DNA of 64,000 nt from Octopus bimaculoides (GCF_001194135.2 NC_068987.1:51728660-51792659); one strand, 5' to 3'; shown: positions 1-11,835, counted from the stretch's first letter. A program made the numbers and translations. The notes: a model not told the origin generated them from the sequence alone.

Positions 1-741
1 CCGTCTCTGTGTTTCTTTGTTATATATTTTCATGTTTTGTTTAGCGGAATAAATATTGGATAGTAAAAAAAAAATCTTGCAACAGATCATTAACAATATA
101 ATTATTTCCATGCTTCTACCGATGCCACAACGCATTTCAGTGGATGTGTTAAATAAATATTCGAAATTAAAAGTATATACAAAAATATTGATATATAGCT
201 TAATGCAACAAACCATACAAACAGAGAGCAGAGAAAAAAGCATGTCGAAAAAATATAAAAAATATAAAATGCTAATTATATTTTGGTTGACAATACTATT
301 TTACAGTAATAGTAGGAGCTACAGCAATGGTAGTGGTAGTAGCGGTAGCAATTGTAGGAATGGAAAATAGTCCTCTAAATAATTGTCGCCGTGAGAAAGA
401 CATGTAAAAACTACAGAAACAGCGACAGAATGCAAAGTAGAGAACAAATTAAGACGACCGAAAGTATAACAACGGTTTATAACCTGGCCAAACACCACCG
501 CAATACATCCAAAAACATGTCATACATAAAACGTACCAATGCAGAGATGTAAACACATACCCCATACATGGATAGAGGCACACATACACACATACGCACA
601 CAAACACATACATACATACATACATACAAGGTGGATATCTTATAAGAATACCCAGCGATTATACTTCAGAGAACTTCTCATGTAGGCGCTTGATGCAGAA
701 AGGTACAAATACATTAACCATGGGAAACGCTGTTATGGGTG

Positions 742-787
742 CTCCCATATCACGTTATTTCAGTCTATTGGATATCATCAGTGGGAG
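742..787 (-). ncRNA. Minimal type I hammerhead ribozyme motif (PLE/retrozyme-like)
   Basis: Minus strand reads CTCCCA-CTGATGA-TATCCAATAGACT-GAAA-TAACGTG-ATA-TGGGAG: intact core boxes, perfect 6-bp helix I (CTCCCA/TGGGAG), AUA cleavage triplet, 2-bp helix III with palindromic ACGT in the loop; helix II is imperfect. Confidence 0.7.
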
Positions 788-907
788 GAGCCCGGTCAAT
801 GTATACCAGGCAAATATTGCTGCTTCGATATATACAATAACACCATATTTTCAGACACTGTCGTAAAAAGCAAGCACGCTTCTTTAAAATTAATATATAG
901 TGCTGAT

Positions 908-1445
908 ATATGTATGTATGTATATATATANNNNNNNNNNNNNNNNNNNNNNNNNNNNNNNNNNNNNNNNNNNNNNNNNNNNNNNNNNNNNNNNNNNNNN
1001 NNNNNNNNNNNNNNNNNNNNNNNNNNNNNNNNNNNNNNNNNNNNNNNNNNNNNNNNNNNNNNNNNNNNNNNNNNNNNNNNNNNNNNNNNNNNNNNNNNNN
1101 NNNNNNNNNNNNNNNNNNNNNNNNNNNNNNNNNNNNNNNNNNNNNNNNNNNNNNNNNNNNNNNNNNNNNNNNNNNNNNNNNNNNNNNNNNNNNNNNNNNN
1201 NNNNNNNNNNNNNNNNNNNNNNNNNNNNNNNNNNNNNNNNNNNNNNNNNNNNNNNNNNNNNNNNNNNNNNNNNNNNNNNNNNNNNNNNNNNNNNNNNNNN
1301 NNNNNNNNNNNNNNNNNNNNNNNNNNNNNNNNNNNNNNNNNNNNNNNNNNNNNNNNNNNNNNNNNNNNNNNNNNNNNNNNNNNNNNTGTATATGTATATG
1401 TGTGTGTGTGTATGTGTGTGTGTGTGTGTGTATGTGTGTGTGTTT
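908..1445. other. Assembly gap (N 931-1386) flanked by (TA)/(TATG)/(TG) microsatellites
   Basis: Directly visible. Most other N runs (e.g. 7679-8025, 19600-20140, 38861-39657, 53505-54297, 56117-56325) also abut simple repeats. Confidence 0.95.
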
Positions 1446-1548
1446 ATATACACATCAAAAGCGGTTCTCATCTCGGCCGCAGTAAAATAACTGAAACAAA
1501 GAAATAGACACACATACACATACCCACACACAAAGAGTCACATATATA

Positions 1549-2102
1549 CAGGTTGCGATGGGTGAACTGCCACCAATTTATATTTTAATTTTGCACATGC
1601 GCATCATTGGTTTTAGATTTTGTCGACTACATAGTATGGTAGAGTCACATGGGCACCATTTGTTAGAAAACACCACCATGGCACAATTCAGTCTGCCAGA
1701 AATTTGAAAACTTCATGCTTTGGTGCTTGTCATTCGCCCCTAACTACATATAACACCTGGCCACTTAACTACCCAGTCGGCAACACTATTGGTTATTATG
1801 TATGGGGAGCAGTGGAGCGAGAGACCAACAAATCTCCTTGTAACACTAAAGATGAACTGAAAGCAAAAATATGGCAGCATTAACCAACTTAAATAAGGAG
1901 ACCATCCAATAGAGTTGCAGGAGATTCCAAAGTCGTTTGGATGTCGTGGTTGAAGTCAATGGTGATTTTACTGAATAAATTTTCTCTAGTATTTCCAGGT
2001 ACTTTTATGAAACTTTGGTAAGTATAATCGTTAAAATGAGATGTCCGTGTTATTTTCATTCTTGCCTAATTTAGACGACATTTTATTCAGCGCATCTTCT
2101 AT
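1549..2102 (+). mobile_element. Internally deleted Tc1/mariner-superfamily (maT/DD37D-like) element
   Basis: About 1755-1975 translates (one frameshift) as TWPLNYPVGNTIGYYVWGAVERETNKSPCNTKDELKAK...RRFQSRLDVVVEVNGDFTE*, a decayed WPPNSPDxNPLDYxVW C-terminus. Degenerate TIRs CAGGTTGCGATGGGTGAA / TTATTCAGCGCATCTTC with flanking TA. Confidence 0.75.
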
Positions 2103-2249
2103 ATGCATCACACCCTTCCTGATACAGTTACAATGAAATGTGAAACGGAATTTGAAATATAGCAGAAAATTACGATTCACAGTACCACCAAACTATAGGA
2201 ATAATATGATAAATGAATAGAAAGAGAGATAAGTAGCCATCGAAAATCA

Positions 2250-3660
2250 GGAAAACAACACCTGATGATTTCGGTGAAGAAAATTTAATTCCGTAATATG
2301 GACACACAGGAAGCAAATCACAGATCAAACTCCAGCAAGTATAATTGGAACAACACGCACATATTTACAAAGGTTAAGAATTGACAATTAATGATATATT
2401 CTAAAGAAAATTTCCAAAGCTACAATCAACAAAATGTAATGTGAAACATTAGAATATTAATAAACCTAAACAAAGAGGGACTCATCGACTAGGAAAACGA
2501 CTATATTACAAAGAATATATATATAAATCTAAATATGTCTATGGTGTTTATAAAAGTTTGCAAAGGGGGAGAAAATTTGTGAAGCATTGAAAGGAACAAT
2601 GGACCTGTGCATTTACATCATCTTGCCAAATAATCTGAAATTAAATCCCCGTATGTCAAACACGCCATCTGGGGAACTGTTTAGATATCCTACTGAACTC
2701 CTTTCTCAAACTCATAAGGGACGATTTAGATATGCTAAGTAACTTTTCGAAAACAGCCAATGCAAATCTCTGTATCTTTCAATATTGAAAATCGTTATTC
2801 AAACATTCCCGATTACTTTGGTATTAAATGTACTAAATTCTTGTTGGAAAATTTTATAGTTGATCTACCATAAAACGGATAAAGGAGTAAAGGAAGAAGT
2901 GGAAAAATTCGTTGTAGAAAGTTTTTTTAAGTTTAAAATCAACTCTTATTAATATAAATATGGGGCGCTACTGTTTCGAAAGTAAGCAAAGAGAAATTAA
3001 ACGAATTGAAAACAATTCTCAATGGAATTAACAGAAATGTTCAATTCATTATGAAATATAGCCACAACTAAATCCTATTTGTAGAGATCCTCATAAATAA
3101 TTCCAAGAAATACATAGTGACAGATATATACTATAACCCGACGAACTCCAAACAATAAATATGTTTTAATTCATGCCATCCGCAACACAGCAGTGTAAAA
3201 GTACCTTATACATTTGCCAGAAGGTACAATAGATTTGTATCTGGAAAGCATCCATGAGTTAATATATCCAGAACTTAAGGTTACACTTTTCCGCAAGAAT
3301 TATTGGGAGCAGCTGTTATTCACGGGAAAAAGTCATTTAACTTAAACGAGGCCTTTGTTAGCAAAATTAGAAGGTCTGAAACATTTTTCCACATCAAACC
3401 TTAAAATCTTCATGGTCACAAATTTCTCAGAGTTTATACATTAACAACTGCAAGTAAACTAACATACTTCTGGTTAAACTAACATGCTTGTATAAAAAAA
3501 AAATCAATACTGAAGTAGTAGGGAAGCACTATAGCTATATGTTGAGAAGAATTCTTTGCAATTCGAATAATTCACTTGTGGAAGAATGGGTTTTTATTTC
3601 AACACCCTGAAACAACCCTTATCACTGAGGATTTTAAACGGCATGGGCTATTCAACCTGA
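2250..3660 (+). mobile_element. Degenerate Penelope-like element reverse transcriptase
   Basis: Fragments LDILLNSFLK, VSFNIENRYSNIP (motif A-like), QFIMKYSHN, TDIYYNPTNSKQ..CFNSCHPQHSSVKVPYTFARR match the PLE RT and thumb consensus; many stops and frameshifts. Confidence 0.8.
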
Positions 3661-3674
3661 AGAAAATTTTAAAT

Positions 3675-3870
3675 GGGCACCACCTGCAAGGTCTTGCGCT
3701 GTTTATCTTGATATGAGTTCACCATGTCGCGCACATACGGTTGTGATGCATGTGTCTGGTGTACCCTTATCAAACGGGTAGTCATGATGGGTATTTTGGG
3801 CTTCATATATTTTCACCCCAATGTCACTTTGAAAACATTCCCTGATCTCTCACTACATAAAACTAATAAT
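3675..3870 (+). repeat. Dispersed repeat, LINE 3'-UTR-like, ending in an AAT-like tail
   Basis: 3770-3832 aligns to the reverse complement of 47630-47702 (GGTGTACCnTTATCAnACGGGTAGTCATGATG...TATATTTT..CCCCAnTGTCACTTTGA). Confidence 0.65.
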
Positions 3871-4001
3871 TTTAATGGCGTCAAGTGTTGGAACAAGACT
3901 AGTAATTCTAGGGATTGATGTAATCGACCGTTAACATTGCTGACTTGATACCAATGTTTAACAGGCATGTTATTTTATCGACCCCCCAGAAGAACGAATT
4001 T

Positions 4002-4038
<37 letters not shown>

Positions 4039-4039
4039 G

Positions 4040-4098
<59 letters not shown>

Positions 4099-4099
4099 C

Positions 4100-4131
<32 letters not shown>
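4002..4131. repeat. (CTA)n microsatellite
   Basis: About 40 CTA units grading into CCA; the source of the poly-S/L/Y ORFs. Confidence 0.97.
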
Positions 4132-4929
4132 GAACAAAATAACTCATAACATATCATAACATCATAACATAACTCATAACACATCACACATCTTGCTTTG
4201 AGAATTCCCTAACCTTCTAGGTGAATTTCAAATCTTATCACGCCTCTTCCTTAGCTACTTCATGGGTATAAAAATAAGTCACAATTCGTTGCATGTTATT
4301 CTCTCTGCTTTGTTACATATATTGATATAGTCAATGATGATAACATCAGGAAATGTTTTAACTATATTGTTGTTCCTGAGTATTTTTCAGCTACGTTTTG
4401 CACGACGTCCTTCGTTGCTCCTGCTTATATATTTTCGTAAATAATTTGCTTCGAATGATGATTGAAACTTATACTTCTATTTATTACTTAATTACTGTTA
4501 GTTAAGCTCTTAGCAACAAAAGGTTAGGTAGTGGAAAGTTATTAAAATAAGCTCGAAGACTCGTAATTACCGATCCACCCGGGATTAATTGATTACTTAA
4601 TGTGAACATACTTGTGTGAATGAACTTTCAATATATCTGTAATTGATCTTCAATTTTTGTTAGTAATCTAAGTTTTCATTTTATTAATATTGATCAAATT
4701 GTTAACGTATTTCCAGGCATATGGTGCACAATAGCACTAACTAAAACAAGTCAGAGTGAATGGATATCTATACATACTTTAGTATAGTGGTTAGACAATG
4801 CATTCGACGAATTAGGAATTTAAGTAAATGATTTAGAGTTGAACTTAATTCAGAACTATGATCATATATATTCACAACTTGAGCAATTTACATTTACTAG
4901 GAAATAAGATCCCTGTTTTTTCATTAATA

Positions 4930-5950
4930 CTTTACAAACTTCAGATGGTGCCGTATGGATTAAAGGTAAAGGAGAAATTGACATACGTTAAGTTGCACGC
5001 GAACATTTACTTAGAGAGAAACCAGGACCAACTATTTATTCATATAAGGACATTGTAGTAAATGAAGCACTTAAGTTAATTAGACTATTTGTAGTCGAAT
5101 CTATAATATAGAAGGTGGAAAATTACAAAAGGATTCATGGTAACAAAAGCACTTTAGGAGTTTAAAACGTTTTAGCCTTAGCCTCAAGATTGTTCGTGGG
5201 ATTTTAATACCAATACATACTTCCCTCACAATTTTGTGGAATAAATAGTGACACACATCCATATTACTCAGCTCAGTGAGTAGGAATTATGTTTCATGTC
5301 ATTAAGACACACAGAGAAAGGACGTTGAAAACTTTGTTATGTATTCGATAACCATAATTATGTCGTAACAGAACTGTCAAAAGTCGTATAATACTGATCT
5401 CACACGCAGGCTTTTCTCCCTGTAAGTCTCAAGCATCTGTCGTCCAGTAGCTATCTTTATAATCTTATAAATTCATTGAGGCTTCGTTTGGATTTATGTG
5501 CAAGTATATATGACTATCAAAACAGAGTTAAGGAAAGATCCTACTAATATTTACATCCTAAAGTCGGGTACCATGTTACAGTTGACAATTATTTCATACT
5601 GCTGCAGCTTCTAGAAACCCGAAAGAAAGAGGGATAATTGCACTCATGGGTACAACAACGAGAAACACACTAGACTTTCTTTACGGTTCCAGTATACCAA
5701 GGAAACACTTCAATAATCTTTCCCTCTTATGTTCAATGCCTAAGTCGCTGTGGCTATACAGGCATATTTCCCGAAGAATATGTCCGAAAATGCAAATATT
5801 CCACCCTGGCTTTTGGCGGTGTATTTAAACAAATAACACGCAAAAAAGAAAACACCTGCAAGAGTGCAATTAGGTGATTGTCAATTGCTGTTTGGTTCCG
5901 TTCTGAGTCAGGTATACGACAATATCTATGTTGCATACGAAAATGTCACA
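4930..5950 (+). mobile_element. Decayed piggyBac transposase relic
   Basis: TSDGAVW...HLLREKPGPTIYSYKDIV (N-terminal LRExPGPT motif, about 4938-5060) and GYHVTVDNYF..L...G...MGTTTRN (second catalytic Asp motif, from 5566). No convincing TIR or TTAA ends. Confidence 0.75.
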
Positions 5951-6296
5951 TGTTCAAATATTTTTGTATGGAATTTCATTTTTGTAGCTGGCATTGAAGT
6001 AAAATGTTTGGCTAAAAGTACAAACGGTGAAATAAATGGTGGTAGGAAGTCAGGTCAACGATAATGAGGCTGTCGTTTAACTCGATATATATAATTATGT
6101 CAAAGATATTCCTAGTTTGGAATACTTTTAAACTGATTGAGAGAAAGCTATACTTTTTTCATTATGTGTACATTATAAAAATTCAGAAAATTTGAACGAT
6201 ATGAAGTAAGATATTTTAACGGTGGAGTTCAAAGTACATAAATCTACGAATACATGATGCTATATCTTCTAAAATAGCAATAGAGGTAATAATAAC

Positions 6297-6820
6297 TATA
6301 ACAGTAATGATTGCATTGATCTAGATTCCTCTACATCCTCATATAACATATCCTCCGAAAATACCACCTCATCCACAACAGAACACAACCCCCAAGCTTC
6401 ATCTACATGTAACTGTCGCTCCAGGACAATCTGTCCGCTGCAAACACGTTGCGTAAGATATAACGTAATATACAAATGCACTGTCACCAATCTGCTACGT
6501 AACTCTACAGCTACATACATAGGTTCAACAAAAACTTTCAAGCAACGTTATGCAGCTCACCTTCACTTTTTTAGATATGACAAGCACAGCAAATCTACAA
6601 CTCTAGCCAACCACATTCACCACCTCAAAAACACAAATACCCAGTATACTTTAACATGGTCCATTCTGGACTCAGGAATTCCATAACAAGGCCAGCGCTC
6701 TAATTGCAAGTTTTGCTTGAAGGAGGCGTTCCATATTTGAAAATACAATTCTCCCACACTACTTAATAGGTATACCGAAGCACTTAGCACCTGTAATCAC
6801 CGTTCCTTCCATACATTCAA
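6297..6820 (+). mobile_element. PLE (Neptune-type) zinc-binding linker plus GIY-YIG endonuclease
   Basis: One frame with two stops: TCNCRSRTICPLQTRCVRYNVIYKCTV...TYIGSTKTFKQRYAAH...TTLANHIHHLK...LTWSIL...CKFCLKEAFHI*KYNSPTLLNRYTE...TCNH. Confidence 0.85.
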
Positions 6821-6849
6821 ATTCTATCACAGACACGAATGCAGAAATG

Positions 6850-7110
6850 TCTATGTTGGGTATAAGTGTGCGCTGAGTGCTAGTATTACCATAGTTATAA
6901 TTGTGTGAGTTTTGATAATAGAGTGAGTGTTTATGCTTATTAGAAGTTGCTATAATTGATTCGAAGCTAGGCGTGGTTGAATAAGACAATTGCAAAGTGA
7001 ATCTGTTAAATATAGAATGGTATTTATGTTGTCGGAGAAGTTAGAGTCAAGTATTTTGAAGAGAGGTTTAGCTATGTTCTTAGTGTTAAATGAGAATGGG
7101 GGGTATACCT
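6850..7110 (-). mobile_element. PLE RT-endonuclease linker segment, inverted relative to the adjacent endonuclease
   Basis: Minus strand PPFSFNTKNIAKPLFKILDSNFSDNINTILYLTDSL (frameshift) QLSYSTTPSFESIIATSNK resembles the Neptune WFNPPFS..NIGK.FL.L..KHF...KVSYS..PN...II..HN segment. Confidence 0.7.
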
Positions 7111-7196
7111 TCGGATAGAGCGGCCGCCGCTTTTTTTTTTTNNNNNNNNNNTGTAAATTATAATCTAAGTATTAGAACTTGTTTCCGGGACAACAG

Positions 7197-7432
7197 GACA
7201 ATTTGAATGGTCTTAGGTTGACATCAAGAGAAGAGGTTGAATATGAAATACATTCATATTTCGTATCAAAACCGAAACAGTTTTACAAACGTGGAACATA
7301 TAAGCTTGTTGAGAGATGGGATGATCTAGAAAGTAACAGAAATTGTGTTAACGAATAAATATTGTCTTGATCATGGACTTTATCATTTTTAATACAGAAC
7401 TTAAAATCGATCATTACCTATGCACCACCCTG
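7197..7432 (+). mobile_element. mariner transposase C-terminal fragment with 3' end
   Basis: DNLNGLRLTSREEVEYEIHSYFVSKPKQFYKRGTYKLVERWDDLESNRNCVNE* (7197-7358) matches the mariner C-terminal LxGxxF...FFxSK..FY..GIxKLxxRW. Confidence 0.75.
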
Positions 7433-8899
7433 ATATATATTGTTGTATTTAGGCACGATCAATTTTCTTTTGCCTAATAAACACACGCACTATATATTTA
7501 CTCTTCACTTGTTCATTAGTGTTCTTATTTGGCAAAAAAAAAGACTATCCCGAAATAGAACAATAACTGATTCAGCACGCGGTTTCACATCAGGAATCCC
7601 ATAACACAAATTGATAAACTTGTATATATGTACATATCCATATATACATATACATATACATATATATATATATATATANNNNNNNNNNNNNNNNNNNNNN
7701 NNNNNNNNNNNNNNNNNNNNNNNNNNNNNNNNNNNNNNNNNNNNNNNNNNNNNNNNNNNNNNNNNNNNNNNNNNNNNNNNNNNNNNNNNNNNNNNNNNNN
7801 NNNNNNNNNNNNNNNNNNNNNNNNNNNNNNNNNNNNNNNNNNNNNNNNNNNNNNNNNNNNNNNNNNNNNNNNNNNNNNNNNNNNNNNNNNNNNNNNNNNN
7901 NNNNNNNNNNNNNNNNNNNNNNNNNNNNNNNNNNNNNNNNNNNNNNNNNNNNNNNNNNNNNNNNNNNNNNNNNNNNNNNNNNNNNNNNNNNNNNNNNNNN
8001 NNNNNNNNNNNNNNNNNNNNNNNNNNTATAAATATATGCACGTACATATGTAACATTGATTATATAAAGAAAATTTGTTCCAAATGAGTAGTATCAACTG
8101 ATGAAGGTGTGGATGATGATGATGATGATGGTGGTGTAAAAAGAGGAGTGGAAAATTGCTTATACAAAGAGTAAGCAAGCAGAATTAGAATCGTGATGCT
8201 ATAGTACGCTTTTTTAATGATGGAGATGGAGTAGCGCATGACAACAATTATCATTAAAAGTGTAAATTGATCGGAGTAAAAATAGAACATTTTGAAAAGT
8301 CATGAAATGAAATGATAAAATAAACATCAACAACTACAGCACAAACAATAACAGCAGTTAAATAACGCAAGCAAAATTCAATGTCACAATAACCACAATA
8401 CAAAACAAGAGAAACATGTGCTGTAGTTACTTGCTATATAATACTAGAGAAAGCAATCAGGAAATTAAACGTAAAACATCAGAGGATACAACTGCAAATC
8501 AACTGCAGCATGAAGTATAACCGCAGTAGGAAAATGGTGGAGATGATTGAAGTGACACTGAGATGCTATAATAATCGAGTTAGACAGCAATGAGTTGGCC
8601 AGGTAATGTAATGAAATGTGTCAGCTAAGAAGTGATCTTTGAATGTAATTAAAACCAAATCTTATGACTTTGGTGGTTCAAGTCATTTTGTTGAAAACCA
8701 TACCATATATGTACGTATCATGGATTTTCCGTTTCAAATTTCTTACCAGTAGAGAATGATACACTTGCTAAAGCAGAAACAAAGCTCTTTCTTTTGAATA
8801 TTGTCGACAACAAATAAGATGTGATCATCATAGTTACGTATATATGTATGCATGTATGGAAAACAAACTTCAACCAGCTATTCTGATTATATGTCTATG

Positions 8900-9145
8900 C
8901 ACACGTTTGAATGTGGTGTGTGTCAGAGGGTTTGCAAATCCAATGGGGGTTAGGATCCACAATAAGCAGAACTTACTTGCAGGTATTGGTAGTGCAAATC
9001 ATAGGTGCAATCTGTGTGGGTGTTTTTTCAAAACACTGTCTGGTTTAAAAAGCCACGTTAGACGCCATGAAAGGACTAAAGTGTAGGTGCAGGAGGTAGT
9101 CAAACTCTGTGTAAGGAGTAGACAACCACCACCATGTATGTATGT
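8900..9145 (+). mobile_element. RTE-like LINE 3' end with C2H2 finger
   Basis: CNLCGCFFKTLSGLKSHVRRH (C-x2-C-x12-H-x3-H), then a stop, a short UTR and a (CAC)/(ATGT)n tail. Similar finger in the RTE relic at 13220-13280. Confidence 0.6.
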
Positions 9146-9381
9146 ATATATGCAAGTATTTCAGCATATATGAATGCAATTACTCAAATATGTATTTCAT
9201 GCATTGACGATAAAACAGAATCCTAAGAAACAAGTGGTGTTCTTCATCGGCAAGACTTGTATTATTTGGAAAAGCGACAGATAGAGTCCCGCGTGTTGCT
9301 GTGGAAAGTGGCGCATTAGGATTTTAGATATATTTCGCTTTACAATGCAATTTCACTTCACCGTTTCTATCGGTTTTTCCC

Positions 9382-9468
9382 TATGTATGTATGTATGTAT
9401 GTATGTATGCATGTATGTATGTATGTATGTATGTATGCATGTATGTATGTATGTATGTACGTATGTAT
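9382..9468. repeat. (TATG)n microsatellite
   Basis: Directly visible; 3' flank of the RLE LINE. Confidence 0.95.
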
Positions 9469-9469
9469 G

Positions 9470-10496
9470 CAATTATTAATCGTTATAAATCTTCCACTGA
9501 GTGGGTGCAGGTTTCTAACAAGATACAAGGTTCCATCTTGGGATGTAGATAACACAGACAAATTCACATTTAGAAATTGAGAATCGTCTTGCATATTTTT
9601 ACTGTTCCAATCACTGACTGGATTTGTAATGTACGAATCAGCCGGTAAATTTCTCTTTCTGCAAATCTTTGTTTATCCAGATTCTCCTTTAAGCATTTAC
9701 TAATAAAACCTAGTGCTCCAATTATTACTGGTATGAATATGAATTCATAGTCTGGACACTGAAGCTGGAGGTTTCGAAGCAGTTGTCCATAGACATCCTC
9801 TTTTTGTTTGATTTTCAAAGAGATATTTATATCTGCAGGGCAGCTAATATCTATGATGGTGCATACATTTGTCCCTCTGTCTCAAACAACAATTTCCAGC
9901 CTGTTATGTTGACATTTAAAAGAAGTTTTGATGGGAATATTCCACCAGTATTCCTTGAGCTGGTGTTTATGAATGTATTCCAAAACAAATGGATTTTCTA
10001 AGTTTATTCCAGGACAGTTGTTTTTTTTTTGCGGATGGTATTGTAAGATGTTTTAGCAACAAGATCTTGCCGCATAGAATGGGGGTGTGGAGGTCCGTGA
10101 CGACATTTTAGGGCAGCTGCTAATCACATGCGTAATGAATTTCACAGAAACATGACATAGCCTACACTTGCAGTTGCACCTTGGGATTACAAGAGCATCA
10201 CTGTCTCTCTTGTTCACCAGGCACTTTATGGCAATCTCCTTTGAAGCATAGCCTTCAAACTGTGATGTGATGTAGTGGTCTTGTGTCTAAGCGAGGCTGC
10301 GCTTCGTGTCAATTCTAGTGTCCTCTTCAAGCTCCCGGGCAACATACCCATGCATGGTTTTTTTTGTATGCTGAGTGCTTTTCATCCTGTTCTTCTCTGA
10401 GGTAAGAGAACCCAGCTATTTTGTGGCTGTATAGGAAATCATCAGGAAGAGAATGTTTCTTGAGGAGTTCACTGCCAACTCGTACAATGTTGCTCA
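9470..10496 (-). mobile_element. 5'-truncated RLE-type non-LTR retrotransposon (R4/NeSL group)
   Basis: Minus strand: KKPMHGYVA..., CKCRLCHVSVKFITHVISSCPKMS (CCHC knuckle), EYWWNIPIKTSFKCQHNRLEIVV*DR..CTIIDISCPADINISLKIKQKEDVYGQL...PVIIGALG (PD-(D/E)xK RLE), stop at 9570, 100-nt 3' UTR. Confidence 0.85.
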
Positions 10497-10582
10497 CTGT
10501 ATGTATGTATGTATGTACGTATGTACAATTTTGCTCAATGTATGTATGTATGTATGTATGTATGTATGTATGTATGTATGTG
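10497..10582. repeat. (TATG)n microsatellite
   Basis: Directly visible, interrupted once; 5' flank of the RLE LINE. Confidence 0.9.
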
Positions 10583-11672
10583 CACGTTCATGTGTGTATG
10601 CTTTTATCTCTATGCCATTTTGTACGTTAGTTCGTATAGCTATACTTGTCTGTTGCCGTAAATTAACCGACGTTATCTGTGTGCCTGGATGACGCGTGGG
10701 CGGCTAGTTACGAAGTTCGCTTCGTAAACATGAAGTTCTAGTTTCAATGAAAAGGCATAGCACGTATCTTGTACAAGTAAATTCTACCATATAGATTTTA
10801 TTAAGGTTTTGTCAGTGAAATCGGGTAGACAAAAATGTATGTATGACCGTTGGTTAGCCTTGTATGCACCGTAAGTAACGTTACGTGGTCAAATGTCTGA
10901 GTAATAAGCAGCATTTGAAAACTAATTCAACGAGGAGGTAGTTCAATTGTGCGAATAAGTAGAAAACCATTTGTCCAGTTTTTAGAAAATGTTTACATAT
11001 ATATTTAGAGTTACAAGAAAGGTCAGTAATTTTAGTTTACAATTATCTAAGTCTTTTATGGTTTTCTTAAGTTCATCTCAACATATTTCCTGCTGCCTTT
11101 AATTGCATTAGCAATAATTGCACTATAGGAAATTCATTTTTCTGTTAACGTTGTATTAACCTCTGCTTAAAAGAATTTGAAAAGGCAATGAGCTCATAGG
11201 AAGGCAACCGTAGTAGAATTGGCATTTGATAACCAGAAAGTAGATGTATGTAAGAGACTTACAGAATGTAATTTATGAGAGTGTACACATAACAACCAAG
11301 TTAAAACAATCTATCCTTGTTCCATTACCAAAGAATTGCTCGGGACAACCCATTTTTAGAAGCATATGATTAAACTACCACCAAACACATTTAGCAAAGA
11401 ATTATGTCGAAAATAAATTAAGATATAAGTCAACTGCAAAGTGGTTTTAGGCCAAGAATAGGAAGTTGGGAATGAATATTGAAACTACAAATCAGACTTG
11501 ACAATAAATCAAGATCTTTACATAGACTTTATAGGTTTTACCGAGCGATGAAGTGAAGTAAAACTAAATTGCTGCTGCTAATCTTTGCCGACTTTGTATA
11601 ACATCTCTATTAAAATTTGTCGGCAGCGCATGGTAAAATTTCTCTGACAAGTCTCTTCCATTTTATATTTGG

Positions 11673-11835
11673 TGAGTCGGCTGAAAAGTTTATAGGCTGA
11701 CTATATAGAAGTGATTCTATAGCTGTAAAATCTTGCATCCATTATTTTCAACCATTCTTTTTAATTACTGCACTGTTTCTCTCAATGTAAAATGGCATCT
11801 CATTGTTCAAAGAAGACTTCAAATTTAACTAGTAA
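11673..11835. mobile_element. Probable mariner terminal fragment
   Basis: Begins GAGTCGGCTGAAAAGTTTATAGGCTGAC, resembling mariner TIRs (GG..CTGAAAAGTT). Only one end seen. Confidence 0.4.

Noticed and set aside
890-1531. Long ORF-track entries spanning N gaps (also about 7.5-8.2, 19.5-20.4, 38.8-39.8, 53.2-54.4 and 56.0-56.5 kb)
   Set aside because: They are open only because N codons and TA/TG repeats contain no stops.
2262-2300. CTGATGA-TTTCGGTGAA-GAAA hammerhead-like core
   Set aside because: No downstream NUH plus helix I complement could be found.
3908-4149. Poly-S, poly-L and poly-Y ORFs
   Set aside because: Translations of the (CTA)n microsatellite.
4385-4425. Possible decayed hammerhead on the minus strand (CAACGA-AGGAC..GTGC-AAAA)
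   Set aside because: Both core boxes are mutated; too degenerate to call.
7118-7151. GAGCGGCCGCCGC(T)n next to a 10-N gap, resembling a NotI-oligo(dT) cloning adapter
   Set aside because: Not an exact match to adapters I know, and it can be read as basic-residue coding sequence upstream of the PLE PPFS motif; contamination is neither shown nor excluded.
8844-9086. C2H2 zinc finger as a host ZNF gene
   Set aside because: Single finger without TGEKPY linkers, followed by a tandem-repeat tail; fits an RTE C-terminus like 13220-13280.
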